NCBI GenBank assembly: GCA_963813025.1
Contig: CAWEXO010000013.1
Span: 480,001 to 544,000 of the forward strand
Direction: 5' to 3'
Length of the DNA: 64,000 bases
Source of the DNA: an uncultured Verrucomicrobiae bacterium
Lineage (GTDB): Bacteria > Verrucomicrobiota > Verrucomicrobiia > Chthoniobacterales > JAFAMB01
Part shown: positions 39,462 to 48,613 of the stretch, piece by piece
Layout: each line of letters opens with the position of its first letter
Numbering within the stretch: the first letter of the stretch is position 1
Translations under genes and position numbers: made by a program
Notes under the pieces: generated by a model
The model's database searches: none
What the model was told of the DNA's origin: nothing
Seen by the model: only the letters and a program-made list of their open reading frames with translations

Positions 39462-39924
39462 TCACTTCTTCCCTTTGTGCGGCAGGATCGTGGCCGCCGC
39501 ATCTTTGATTGTCTGCTGAATGATTCCTTTCTCTTCCGGAGTCGCTACTGAGGACGCAGTTATCCGGCAGACGCGGCGACAGTTCCCAGAATACCCGCTG
39601 CGGATTGATCGGATCAGCGCCTTGCATCGCGCGCGCTTCGAGCACTTTCCACCATTCGTTTGTTTCCTTTTCGATATCTTTACGCCATGAACGATCTTTC
39701 TTGCGCTCAAGGAAGGGAGTCAGAGCGCGCAGGGTTTCCGCGCTATCGCCCATGAGATTTACTTCCATCGGATAACGGATACTGAGCATCCGTCCATCGA
39801 TGTCGATCTGGACACCACGAGCCTGACCTTCTTTAGGCAGAAACTCGCCGGGAAATCCATAAATCCGTTTGATGCCCCAGTCAGACAAGCGTTTAAGCAG
39901 GAAATCACTGACTTTATCTTTCAT
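39462..39924 (-). pseudogene. Thiamine-pyrophosphate-requiring enzyme with two large internal deletions
   Basis: VSDFLLKRLSDWGIKRIYGFPG | EFLPKEGQARGVQIDID..INPQRVFWELSPRLP..SSDSG | C-terminal tail. Confidence 0.85.
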
Positions 39925-40120
39925 TTTCGCTTCTTGGTTCGTCCTCTGCAGTCGACACAAAAGCCAGAAATTGATGGTCCGACGACTCGCCTAGCCGATA
40001 ATACGTCGTTTTCGTGAGTGCTCGCGGATGTATCGAATCGGGCGTCAATCTCCGCCTTCAATATCTCGCTCTACGATATAACTCAATCAGCCTGGTCCGA
40101 TCAGAAAAGCGGATCCTCTG

Positions 40121-40828
40121 TCACTCTATTTGCACCGGGCTCCAGTCCAACTCGAGCACGCCGGGCTGCTGAACCAACTGCTCGAAAAAGGCCGGCGACC
40201 GGCTGAACGTGGGCCGCTCCCGCCACTGCACTTCGTAGCTTAACTTGCGCTGTTGTCCATGGCTCCGATACGTCAATCCGCAGGATATGATCTGGTATTT
40301 CGCTCCAGCAATGCAGGCGAGGATTTCTTCCTCGGTTGGTCCATCTGCACCCGCGATCAGGACTAGGTTACCGCGCCGATCGCGCTTTGTGCGCTGCTCG
40401 ACCAATTGGAGGCCCCAGAGCACGATTGAGCCCAATACCAACGCGGCGAGTCCAAGTCCGATCTGTCCGCCCCCGAAACAAAGGCCGACAACCGTGACAA
40501 ACCAGAGCGTAGCGGCAGTGGTTACGCCCAGTACGATATTGTCTCGTCGCAGAATCGCCCCTGCGCCAATGAACCCCATGCCGGACAAGATGCCCAGGGG
40601 TAGGCGCATGAGGTCCAGTGAAATGAAGGAATCCGAAGCTTTGCCGACGGTGCCCAGCAGTAGATTTGCTTGGATCATCGCGATTGATGCCGCCAGACAG
40701 ACCAGTAAGGTTGTCCGTAGCCCGGCCGGCCGGCCGTGCTCACCACGGTTGAACCCAATCAAGGCGCCCGCCACGATCGTCAAAGCCAGACGGAGGGCAA
40801 TTTCAGGCCATCCTATAGTTGTCGACAT
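40121..40828 (-). CDS. MgtC/SapB family membrane protein
   Basis: AGLRTTLLV, SGMGFIGAGAI, GVTTAATLW. Confidence 0.93.
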   Translation of the reverse strand: MSTTIGWPEIALRLALTIVAGALIGFNRGEHGRPAGLRTTLLVCLAASIAMIQANLLLGTVGKASDSFISLDLMRLPLGILSGMGFIGAGAILRRDNIVLGVTTAATLWFVTVVGLCFGGGQIGLGLAALVLGSIVLWGLQLVEQRTKRDRRGNLVLIAGADGPTEEEILACIAGAKYQIISCGLTYRSHGQQRKLSYEVQWRERPTFSRSPAFFEQLVQQPGVLELDWSPVQIE

Positions 40829-41046
40829 AAACCTTGGCTAACATTTGCTCGCAGAACCGGACTTGCCGCGGGCAGATCAATCCCTTCCGTCGTGCGGTTC
40901 GTTCCTCGAATTCGCCCCTGGGGGCAAAGCCGGATTTGCCGCCCGTGCTCGGGGTCAAAGCTTACGACCAAACCGACTCTCATCTGCGATCCCAGAGGGA
41001 TTCTTCCGACCCAGCTGAAGCCGGGTTGGGCAAGCGAAATTTAAGT

Positions 41047-41229
41047 ATGCCAGCCAAATCGAAAAAACAACAAATGGCCGCGGGCGCCGCGTTGGCTGCC
41101 AAACGGGGAAAACGTTCGACGTCCAGTCTTAAGGGCGCTTCAAAGCAAATGGAAAAATCGATGTCGGAGAAGCAGCTCAAAGATTTTGCGAAGACCAAAC
41201 GCAAAAAACTTCCGACAAAAAAAGGGTAA
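41047..41229 (+). CDS. DUF3008-like small basic protein
   Basis: MPAKSKKQQMAAGAALAAKRG..SMSEKQLKDFAKTKRKKLP. Confidence 0.85.
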   Translation: MPAKSKKQQMAAGAALAAKRGKRSTSSLKGASKQMEKSMSEKQLKDFAKTKRKKLPTKKG

Positions 41230-41240
41230 AGCTCGAATCC

Positions 41241-41996
41241 CTATTTGCCCGTAGCCCAAACGCGTGCCGGTTTCACGGCGTACTTGCCGACCATCTCGAT
41301 TAGTCTCCGTGCGTTCAGCGGCGCACGCGTATTGACGTCATTGTTGAAATAGACAAAGCCTTTCAATCCTTGACGAGCGCATAGTCGCAGTTGTTCCGCC
41401 CACGGTTCAAGTTCATGATCGGTGTAGTCGTGGGCGGATCCGCCCTTTAGACCATGAAAACGTACATAAACAAAGTCAGCGGTCGGGGTGAGGTGCATTG
41501 GCATCGCTTGAGAACTGACAGATACGTTCGCGATCCGATAACGCTTCAGGACGTCTTCAACCTCTTTATCGAGCCAGGATGGGTGACGAAATTCTATTGC
41601 ATGCGCGTAGCGCCGGGGCAAAGATTTCGCAAAGTGGCACAGCCGCTCCATATTCTTCGTAAAATCAGGCGGCAACTGCCATAATATTGGCCCTAGGCGC
41701 GGTCGCAAAAGCCGACAGCGTTCAAGTAGGATTGGGAAAGACTTTGCTCCCGGTTTTAGCCGCTTGAAATGGGTCACTGCCCGGCTCCCTTTGAGGGCAT
41801 AGATAAATTCCTCGGGAGCTGACTTTCGCCAGGCGGCAAAAGTGGTTTTCTCGGGCAGGCGATAAAAACTTGCGTTGATTTCGACGGTGGGAAACTGAGT
41901 TGCGTAGAATTCAAGATGCCGTTGGGCTGGGCAATCATCCGGATAGAAAGACCTCGCCCAGCCCTTGTACATCCAGCCACTCGTTCCGATATAAAT
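41241..41996 (-). CDS. DUF72 (YecE-like) protein
   Basis: IYIGTSGW, VEINASFY, LWQLPP, EFRHPSW, YVRFHG, YFNND; start uncertain (first ATG at 41972). Confidence 0.9.
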   Translation of the reverse strand: MYIGTSGWMYKGWARSFYPDDCPAQRHLEFYATQFPTVEINASFYRLPEKTTFAAWRKSAPEEFIYALKGSRAVTHFKRLKPGAKSFPILLERCRLLRPRLGPILWQLPPDFTKNMERLCHFAKSLPRRYAHAIEFRHPSWLDKEVEDVLKRYRIANVSVSSQAMPMHLTPTADFVYVRFHGLKGGSAHDYTDHELEPWAEQLRLCARQGLKGFVYFNNDVNTRAPLNARRLIEMVGKYAVKPARVWATGK

Positions 41997-42053
41997 CTTC
42001 GCGGCGTCGATAAAAACGCGGCCGGTTAATTGAATTGTGATCTTGTTGCCTGC

Positions 42054-42569
42054 TTAACGAGCATGGGCAGACGCGCTCACGTTCACCTGGCTTTCGGCGA
42101 TCGAGGTCAGCTTTTTGTTGGCTTCTCCTTCCTCCTCGAGGGTTCGCTGCAAAACAGTGGCAATCTCTTCCTCGCCGAGTCGCCGGGCTAAAGTACGCGC
42201 TGTGCCATAACCGGCCATCTCATAATGCTCAACTCTCTGGGCCGCACCGATCAGTCCGGCGTCGCGCACATCATCATCGCCTTCCGCTTTAATCATCAGC
42301 TCGCCTTCCTTGATCAGCCCTTTCATGGCTTCACAAGTTTCGTCGGAGGCCTTCTCGCGGAGCCCGTCGAACACATGTTCGAGACGAGCGGCGTGCTGTT
42401 TCGTTTGTTCAAGGTGGTGCTGAAACGCGGATTTCAAATCCGGCGTTTTCGCGGCGTCTGCCATCTTTGGGAGCGCCTCGATCAGCTGGTGCTCCGCGTT
42501 GTATAGGTCGCGAAGCTCTTCCAGCAACAGATCACGAAGGGAATGCATCTTTAAAGATTTCAATCTCAT
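42054..42569 (-). CDS. Ferritin-like DUF892 (YciF-type) stress protein
   Basis: LRDLYNAEHQLIEALPKM, CEAMKGL, AAQRVEHYEMAGYGT. Confidence 0.93.
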   Translation of the reverse strand: MRLKSLKMHSLRDLLLEELRDLYNAEHQLIEALPKMADAAKTPDLKSAFQHHLEQTKQHAARLEHVFDGLREKASDETCEAMKGLIKEGELMIKAEGDDDVRDAGLIGAAQRVEHYEMAGYGTARTLARRLGEEEIATVLQRTLEEEGEANKKLTSIAESQVNVSASAHAR

Positions 42570-42786
42570 ACCCAATCGTTCGCGGCTGACCTCGCAAAGG
42601 GTTTTCTGATCCCGGCCTTGGCTGGAGGGATCGGGAAAAAAATCCGCGAATGGTTTTCCCAGCTGGAAACTGAGGGGTTGCCGCAAGCTGAGCAGTGCAT
42701 TCCATATCCGGGCCGCGACGAAGACTCGTTCGAGCGGGGCGCCAGGATAGGCCGTGCTCCAGACGGCTCAACCAGTTCTCGCCTGC

Positions 42787-43206
42787 TCAAGCTTCCAGCC
42801 GCTCGATAATGAACCGTCCAAACGAGTTGATAAAGGCGCAACCGTGCACCTTCAGAATTTCGGCAAGTTCCTCGCGCGTCTTACCCTTCTTTGCTACGAC
42901 CGCTACGACCGCTTGATTTTCCTGCAGGGCTTGCCGGTATTTTTTCAGGTAAACTGTATCCTTATCGCCAAAGTCAGCCCCGGTGCTCGCCAGTTTTGCC
43001 ACGAGCCCCTCCTTCCCAATCGAGGCATCGAGCTTTTCAGCATCCGTCGGACCAGCTAACAAGCCGATGTCCTCCGAGTCGATGCCTGCCTCGTGCAAAG
43101 CCTTGACGACGGTGGCTGACTGATTCCGATCCTCGATGATCGCGAAGACCTGGTTGACGGGATGACCGAGTTCTTCCTTGCCTTCGAATTTAGTTGCGTC
43201 ATTCAC
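42787..43206 (-). CDS. Hypothetical protein
   Basis: 139-aa ORF overlapping the upstream stop by 4 nt, with natural composition. Confidence 0.7.
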   Translation of the reverse strand: MNDATKFEGKEELGHPVNQVFAIIEDRNQSATVVKALHEAGIDSEDIGLLAGPTDAEKLDASIGKEGLVAKLASTGADFGDKDTVYLKKYRQALQENQAVVAVVAKKGKTREELAEILKVHGCAFINSFGRFIIERLEA

Positions 43207-43703
43207 CGTTTCGCCATCGACTTCTCGATCCCCTCGACCATCGTCAAATGGCTCTCCACCACTGGAAGGGTATTATTGATATAGGTCTTTAGTTGCGGAT
43301 CCTTAACTGTTGCCTGTGCTTTCCGATAAGCCGCGGCGTCTTTTCGGTGATCTCTCACCATCGCTGTTACGTAGACATGGTCAAACTTCGGACCGCTTAG
43401 TTTTTGCAGTTCATTATAAGTTGTTTTCGCGTCGCCTTTGAGCTGATCCGGCATGGTCACGCCGGCTGCCTGGGCAATTGGTGCCAGATTATCGTTTGCC
43501 TTCCCATGGTCAGTTATCATCCGGTTGGCAAAATCCTTGACCTGAGAATCATGGGCCTTTTGTTGGGCCAATTGGGCCAATTTGATTTCCGCGGTGTTTC
43601 CGGCGGCTGCGTTCTCGACGAACTGCCTTTCAGCCGGCGTAAGACTGGCGCCGTGAACAATCGAAGCGAGGCTTAACAAACACAGTGCAATGGGTATTTT
43701 CAT
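43203..43703 (-). CDS. DUF4142 secreted ferritin-like protein
   Basis: Signal peptide; EIKLAQLA, VKDFANRMITDH, FDHVY..MVRDH, LPVVESHL. Confidence 0.9.
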   Translation of the reverse strand: MKIPIALCLLSLASIVHGASLTPAERQFVENAAAGNTAEIKLAQLAQQKAHDSQVKDFANRMITDHGKANDNLAPIAQAAGVTMPDQLKGDAKTTYNELQKLSGPKFDHVYVTAMVRDHRKDAAAYRKAQATVKDPQLKTYINNTLPVVESHLTMVEGIEKSMAKR

Positions 43704-43906
43704 GATTTTACTGAGTTTTAGTTCGCGGGAATCCACCGGACCGGATCCCGGCGAACGCTTTTTTCTGAGACAGTCTGGTGCTCCTTCGAGAGACCCTATT
43801 CCAGAAAGGTCTGCCGGTCCGTCAATCCAGAAAAAAAAGCTGGGAGACGAGAGCCGAACAAATCGCCGGACTTGCACGTCGAAGGTAGCTGATTCGAAGT
43901 TGATCT

Positions 43907-45010
43907 ATGTGTTACACCTGTATCGCTCTGTTGGTCTCCGCACTGCCCTTCACCCAGCCAGCTGAAGCAAACCCAAAGAAAACTGGCGGCGAAATCGTCG
44001 CCAGTCCCACCGAAGCTCCGAACGTGGCTGTGCCCGAGCCGAACCCGAGCGTTCTGCCTTCCGCATCTCCGGCAGCCAGTCCGTCAGCTCCGGCTCCCTT
44101 GTCATCAGGCTCTCCTTCCGTTCGTCTGCCTATCTCTGATGAACAGACTATCGTGCGACTCGAGATCTTTCTCGACCAGCAAGGTTTCCGCCCCGGAAAG
44201 ATCGACGGCCGGTGGGGAGAGTTTTGCGGAAAAGCACTCCAACACTACCAGAATGCCAAGGGCCGCCCCTCGAGTGAAGAGATTGACCCGGACACCCTTC
44301 GAGAACTCGAGCAAGTATCTCCGGTTTACATGGAATATCGGATCAGTCCGGAAGATTTGAAACAGGTTGGATCAGTGCCGAGGACACCAGCTGGGGAGAG
44401 CAAGCTCAAATTTGTCCCTTATAGTTCCTTCCTCGATTTCGTTGCAGAAAGGTTTCATGCGGATCCGGGTTTTCTTGCCAAGATAAACCCAGGGCTGAAA
44501 ATGAATCGGCTGAAGCCCGGAGTTTCGCTGAAAGTGCCGAATGTAAGCGCTTTTGAGATTGAAAAACTTCAAAAGCAGGACCTCCCACCGAATCCTTCCT
44601 TTGCGCCGCGCCTGATCAAAGTTGATACGCACGCCAAAATGCTGGACGTGCTCGAGGGCCAAACCGTAATCGCTTCCTACCCGATTACTCCGGGATCAAA
44701 GGCGCTTCCTGCGCCGATCGGAACCTGGAAAGTGGTCCGCCTGACCGTCCTGCCAATCTTCCGGTGGGACAAAGAGATGCTCAATCACGGCCGGCGCAGT
44801 AGCGATTTTTATAATGTTCCACCGGGCCCGCGAAACCCCGTCGGAATCGCCTGGATCGGAATTAACAAAAAGGGTATCGGCGTCCACGGCACAAACCATC
44901 CTGATTCCATTGGGCGCGCGGCCAGTCACGGCTGCATTCGTCTTGCCAACTGGGACGTTAACTCGCTTGTGGGACAGGTAACGGTTGGCAATACTGTCGA
45001 GATCTACTAG
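43907..45010 (+). CDS. L,D-transpeptidase (YkuD) with PG-binding and LysM-like regions
   Basis: Signal peptide, PGKIDG, GPRNPVG, GVHGT...ASHGCIRL. Confidence 0.93.
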   Translation: MCYTCIALLVSALPFTQPAEANPKKTGGEIVASPTEAPNVAVPEPNPSVLPSASPAASPSAPAPLSSGSPSVRLPISDEQTIVRLEIFLDQQGFRPGKIDGRWGEFCGKALQHYQNAKGRPSSEEIDPDTLRELEQVSPVYMEYRISPEDLKQVGSVPRTPAGESKLKFVPYSSFLDFVAERFHADPGFLAKINPGLKMNRLKPGVSLKVPNVSAFEIEKLQKQDLPPNPSFAPRLIKVDTHAKMLDVLEGQTVIASYPITPGSKALPAPIGTWKVVRLTVLPIFRWDKEMLNHGRRSSDFYNVPPGPRNPVGIAWIGINKKGIGVHGTNHPDSIGRAASHGCIRLANWDVNSLVGQVTVGNTVEIY

Positions 45011-45023
45011 AAATTGCCTATCT

Positions 45024-46112
45024 CTAACGGTTCCCCGTTTTTTTGCTTGATGCCAAACTTTGGTGCCAAAGCGCGATCAGCAGGTTTTTGATCCTTGCGA
45101 CTCTCGACTCCTCAGATGCGATGAATTTTCCGTTGTGACCCCTTGGGCTCAACTTTCCCCGATGCGCTTCTCGGCGATTAACTGTGTGCGTATGGTCTTC
45201 CTCCACGGACTTTATGCTCGCGTTGTCGCGGACCGCGAGCTCCGCGTCGCCACCTGCCTTTTGGTCAAGCTCCGACCGCGGCGGAGACGTCACGCTCGCC
45301 CACGGGTCTCCCGGCGTAAACGAATGCGTATCCTGATCCTGAGAGCCCTGGTGAACCAATGGCGTTGGGCTAGGCTGCACAGGTAACGACAAGCTGGAAC
45401 GCCCTGGGGTGTACGCCGGTTTCGACGTCGATGCATCTCCGTCAGTCTGGGTTGGTGAATTCAGAGAAGTGCTGGGGCCGGAGGAGCTCGGTCGGACGGT
45501 ATTCGTTGCCAGTGGCACACCGTGTTTGGTTTGGGGCGTTGCGAACCACAAGAGGTACACAGCCGCAAGAGCCGATGCGGCGATCGCTACGTGTATCAAA
45601 TCCTTCGAAGTGCAAGTTTGCGGCACGAAGCTCCGAGAGTCCGAAAAAGCTGAGGTTGCCCTCGTCTTTACGGTAGTGTGAGGAACGATTGCGCGGCAAG
45701 GGACCGTAGCCTCAGGTACCAGATCCTTGATCCGAGCCGTTAACGCTTCCAGATGCTGCTCCGGAGAAGGACTGGATGCGTTGAACCAGCAAACCTCGCC
45801 GAGATAAAAAAGAAAGTTGCGACGTGGAGGGATGTTCGTTACTCGGAACGCGACGATCGCGCGTCCAGTGTGAAAAGCATATGCGATTTCTCTTTCTATA
45901 TGAGGTGCCGCATTGGAATTTTCGGAGAACACAAGGAGCAATACCCGACTGGACCTGATCGCGTTTCGAATCGCCTCCCTCCAATCTTCGTCCGCCGAAA
46001 TGTCCCGCGGGGCGATCCAGCATCTCAGCTGGGCAAATTCCAGCTTTTCGCAGATTGCCTCGGCAATTTTTTTGTCCTTGGCTGCATGACTAATGAAGAC
46101 GTCGTGGGCCAT
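45024..46112 (-). CDS. TIR-domain protein with a single TM and a Ser/Pro/Thr-rich tail
   Basis: HDVFISHAAKDK, CWIAPRDI, LLVFSENSN, IEREI; TM IHVAIAASALAAVYLLWFA. Confidence 0.88.
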   Translation of the reverse strand: MAHDVFISHAAKDKKIAEAICEKLEFAQLRCWIAPRDISADEDWREAIRNAIRSSRVLLLVFSENSNAAPHIEREIAYAFHTGRAIVAFRVTNIPPRRNFLFYLGEVCWFNASSPSPEQHLEALTARIKDLVPEATVPCRAIVPHTTVKTRATSAFSDSRSFVPQTCTSKDLIHVAIAASALAAVYLLWFATPQTKHGVPLATNTVRPSSSGPSTSLNSPTQTDGDASTSKPAYTPGRSSLSLPVQPSPTPLVHQGSQDQDTHSFTPGDPWASVTSPPRSELDQKAGGDAELAVRDNASIKSVEEDHTHTVNRREAHRGKLSPRGHNGKFIASEESRVARIKNLLIALWHQSLASSKKTGNR

Positions 46113-46293
46113 AGCTGAAAGTTATCGCATTTTCGTTTAGTTCAAGCCAGTTCACCCTGGAAAACGCAGTAAATCGATCGCTGTCCAGAGCCGATCACCT
46201 CCTAAACCTTTGCCGCCATTCTGCCGATTGGCAAGAACTCTGAGACCAGCAGAAGGCCATCTGTTCCGCTGTGAGCGAATGGCTTTAACAAAT

Positions 46294-47169
46294 ATGAGTA
46301 CAAAAGATCCAAGGGAAATTTACAAAAAGCCACCCTACTCGGCGAAGGAACAACCTCCTCCCGGAACCGAAGAGGCAATGAGTCCCAAAGTTGATCATGG
46401 AGAGTCGAGCTATAAAGGCACCGGTCGGCTCGAAGGCCGCCGCGCGCTTGTCACCGGGGCTGACAGCGGCATCGGGCGCGCGGTTGCTTTGGCCTTCGCG
46501 CGCGAGGGGGCGAACGTCGCGATTTCGTATCTATCCGAAGAAAAAGACGCCCGGGAAACCGAACGTCTCGTTACCGAAGCCGGTCGCAAGTCTGTCCTTC
46601 TGCCCGGGAACATCGGCGAGGTTTCCCAAGCAAAGGCGATAGCGCAGAAGGCCATCGAGGCGCTAGGGAATATCGACCTCCTGGTGAACAATGCCGCTTT
46701 CCAGCGTTCCTACGATAAATTCGAGGGTATTCCCGATGAGGAGTTTGAGGAAACCTATCGCATAAATGTTTTTGGCATGTTCCGCCTTTGCAAGGCGATC
46801 CTCCCGCAGATGAAAGCGGGCGGGTCAATTATTAATACAGGGTCAATTCAGTCCTTTGATCCCAGTCCGCATCTTATTGCCTATGCCTCGACCAAGGCGG
46901 CGATCGTCAGCTTTACCCGATCGCTTGCCAGCTTTGCGATCGAGCGAGGCGTGCGAGTGAACGCCGTCGCGCCCGGTCCTGTTTGGACGCCGCTGATTCC
47001 CTCTACGTTGCCTCAGGAGAAGGTGACAAAATTCGGTTCACAGACCGTCTTCGGACGTGCTGCACAGCCCGCGGAAATCGCTCCGATTTTTGTATTCCTG
47101 GCTAGCGATGAAGCCAGTTACGTCACTGGGGAAATTTACGGAGTCACCGGAGGTCAGATGCCCATGTAA
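46294..47169 (+). CDS. SDR oxidoreductase (YghA/YhdF general-stress type)
   Basis: DHGESSYKGTGRL, TGADSGIG, YASTK, APGPVWTPLI. Confidence 0.93.
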   Translation: MSTKDPREIYKKPPYSAKEQPPPGTEEAMSPKVDHGESSYKGTGRLEGRRALVTGADSGIGRAVALAFAREGANVAISYLSEEKDARETERLVTEAGRKSVLLPGNIGEVSQAKAIAQKAIEALGNIDLLVNNAAFQRSYDKFEGIPDEEFEETYRINVFGMFRLCKAILPQMKAGGSIINTGSIQSFDPSPHLIAYASTKAAIVSFTRSLASFAIERGVRVNAVAPGPVWTPLIPSTLPQEKVTKFGSQTVFGRAAQPAEIAPIFVFLASDEASYVTGEIYGVTGGQMPM

Positions 47170-47182
47170 CCCTTGCCACGAC

Positions 47183-47590
47183 CTAAATCCCAGGCCGGCC
47201 CTCTTTGGCGTGTTTGTCTGGCCGCCTGACGTTCTGGTAAAGCTCTCGGGCGAGGTATGCGCTGATTACCGGCTGGGCGAACGACCAAACTTTTCTCGCA
47301 TTGCCAGGCGCATTCCGCTCTGGCTGAGGAGGAGGTACAACCTGTTCCGACCTACTGAGATAATCCGGCCACAGGTAAACCTTTTTTCGACGCGCAGGAA
47401 CACGTGATAGTAAAAAGCCGGTCAGCACCCCACCCATAATCCATTGCCAGGGATATTTCTGAACGGATGCTCTCAGCCGGCGAGGAACATTGTAATCTTT
47501 TTTTAGCTCACTCACCTGCACCGCCATTTTCTGGCGATCCTCTTCCAACCGTTCTGCTAAGGAACCTTTGTCTTCGACTGGGTCAGCCAT
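47183..47590 (-). CDS. Hypothetical membrane-anchored protein (DUF3618/YqjK-like)
   Basis: Coiled N-terminus and PWQWIMGGVLTGFLL; downstream of a YqjE-like gene. Confidence 0.65.
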   Translation of the reverse strand: MADPVEDKGSLAERLEEDRQKMAVQVSELKKDYNVPRRLRASVQKYPWQWIMGGVLTGFLLSRVPARRKKVYLWPDYLSRSEQVVPPPQPERNAPGNARKVWSFAQPVISAYLARELYQNVRRPDKHAKEGRPGI

Positions 47591-47982
47591 TCCTTGTCCT
47601 TTTCAAGATCTTTCAGGGTCATTTGAAATACCGGCTTCCTGAGCCGCATTCGAAGCAGAAGAAAAGCAATTAGCGTCGAAAGTGTCAGGATTGCGCCGCA
47701 AATAAGGGCGCTCCAACCCCAAGCCAGATGCAAAAGGCGGGCGACCAAATACAAGAGAAAAGCCCCGTACATGAGGACGCTGGAAACCGCGAGAACGAGG
47801 ACCACGCCGAGGAGTATGAAGAGCCCAATGAAATGGCCGGATGCCTCCTTGGACTCGACTGAAACCAGTCGGGCTTTCAAATCAACGTAATCAAGGAAAA
47901 TCGAAGCCCAGCTCGCGACGGGCCGGCCTTGCATTGCTTCTTTTATGCTCGCCTCGCTCTGTCCTGGAGTCTCTGCATTCAT
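47557..47982 (-). CDS. YqjE-like ('phage holin family') membrane protein
   Basis: LKARLVSVE, two TMs, FQMTLKDLEKDKEWL. Confidence 0.78.
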   Translation of the reverse strand: MNAETPGQSEASIKEAMQGRPVASWASIFLDYVDLKARLVSVESKEASGHFIGLFILLGVVLVLAVSSVLMYGAFLLYLVARLLHLAWGWSALICGAILTLSTLIAFLLLRMRLRKPVFQMTLKDLEKDKEWLTQSKTKVP

Positions 47983-48159
47983 TGGCCTCAAGAGATTCGA
48001 AAAATGTCTCGCCAGTGGTTCTCTGCTGGTTGCGTTTTTTGGAAACCTGCGGCGTTTGAGAAAACTCTCGAGGGACGCCCAAATCCCAGCGTGGATGGCG
48101 GGCGGCACTGGGGGTTGGGCTCTGCCTTGCGTAAGGCCTCGCGGGTTACGGGAGCGACG

Positions 48160-48498
48160 TCACCCGGGTTGTTCTCCGTAGGTTTCAGGTTTCTCCGTCT
48201 TTTCCAGTGAGGGCATGATCCGGACAGAACCTGGCGGCTCCGAATTGACGTCTAAGACCTTCTTTGTTTCGAACGATTCCAGCGCTTCACGAACCGTGTC
48301 GGCGTCAGCAAAATCCATCTCTAAAGTCAACTCAGGTGTGATGATCTGAATGGTGAAGTTTCCAGGTTCAGGCAGCACCTGCACTTTGGTGATATCGTTG
48401 TAAAAAATTATTACGTCGTCTTTCGAGTCAGTGATGGTATCAAGCCCCCGAACTGCAAACTCTTCTCCGGGATCTTCGGCGATCGTTAGGCGCGTCAT
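48160..48498 (-). CDS. Hypothetical acidic protein
   Basis: ORF from ATG 48498 with globular composition. Confidence 0.55.
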   Translation of the reverse strand: MTRLTIAEDPGEEFAVRGLDTITDSKDDVIIFYNDITKVQVLPEPGNFTIQIITPELTLEMDFADADTVREALESFETKKVLDVNSEPPGSVRIMPSLEKTEKPETYGEQPG

Positions 48499-48613
48499 AT
48501 TGGCTAAAAATTTGTCGTTGCAACCAAACACAATTCGCCTGAGCCGAGGCCGATGGTTGCCCCGCGAGGAGAAAATCTTCCGTACTGTATGCGCGGCTGT
48601 AACTGATCTTTGG

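Noticed and set aside
45024..46112. Thoeris/CBASS/Pycsar defence system
   Set aside because: No partner effector or cyclase gene nearby; kept only as a stand-alone TIR finding
47557..47982. Prophage suggested by a 'holin family' protein
   Set aside because: YqjE-like stress-operon context; no endolysin or phage structural genes
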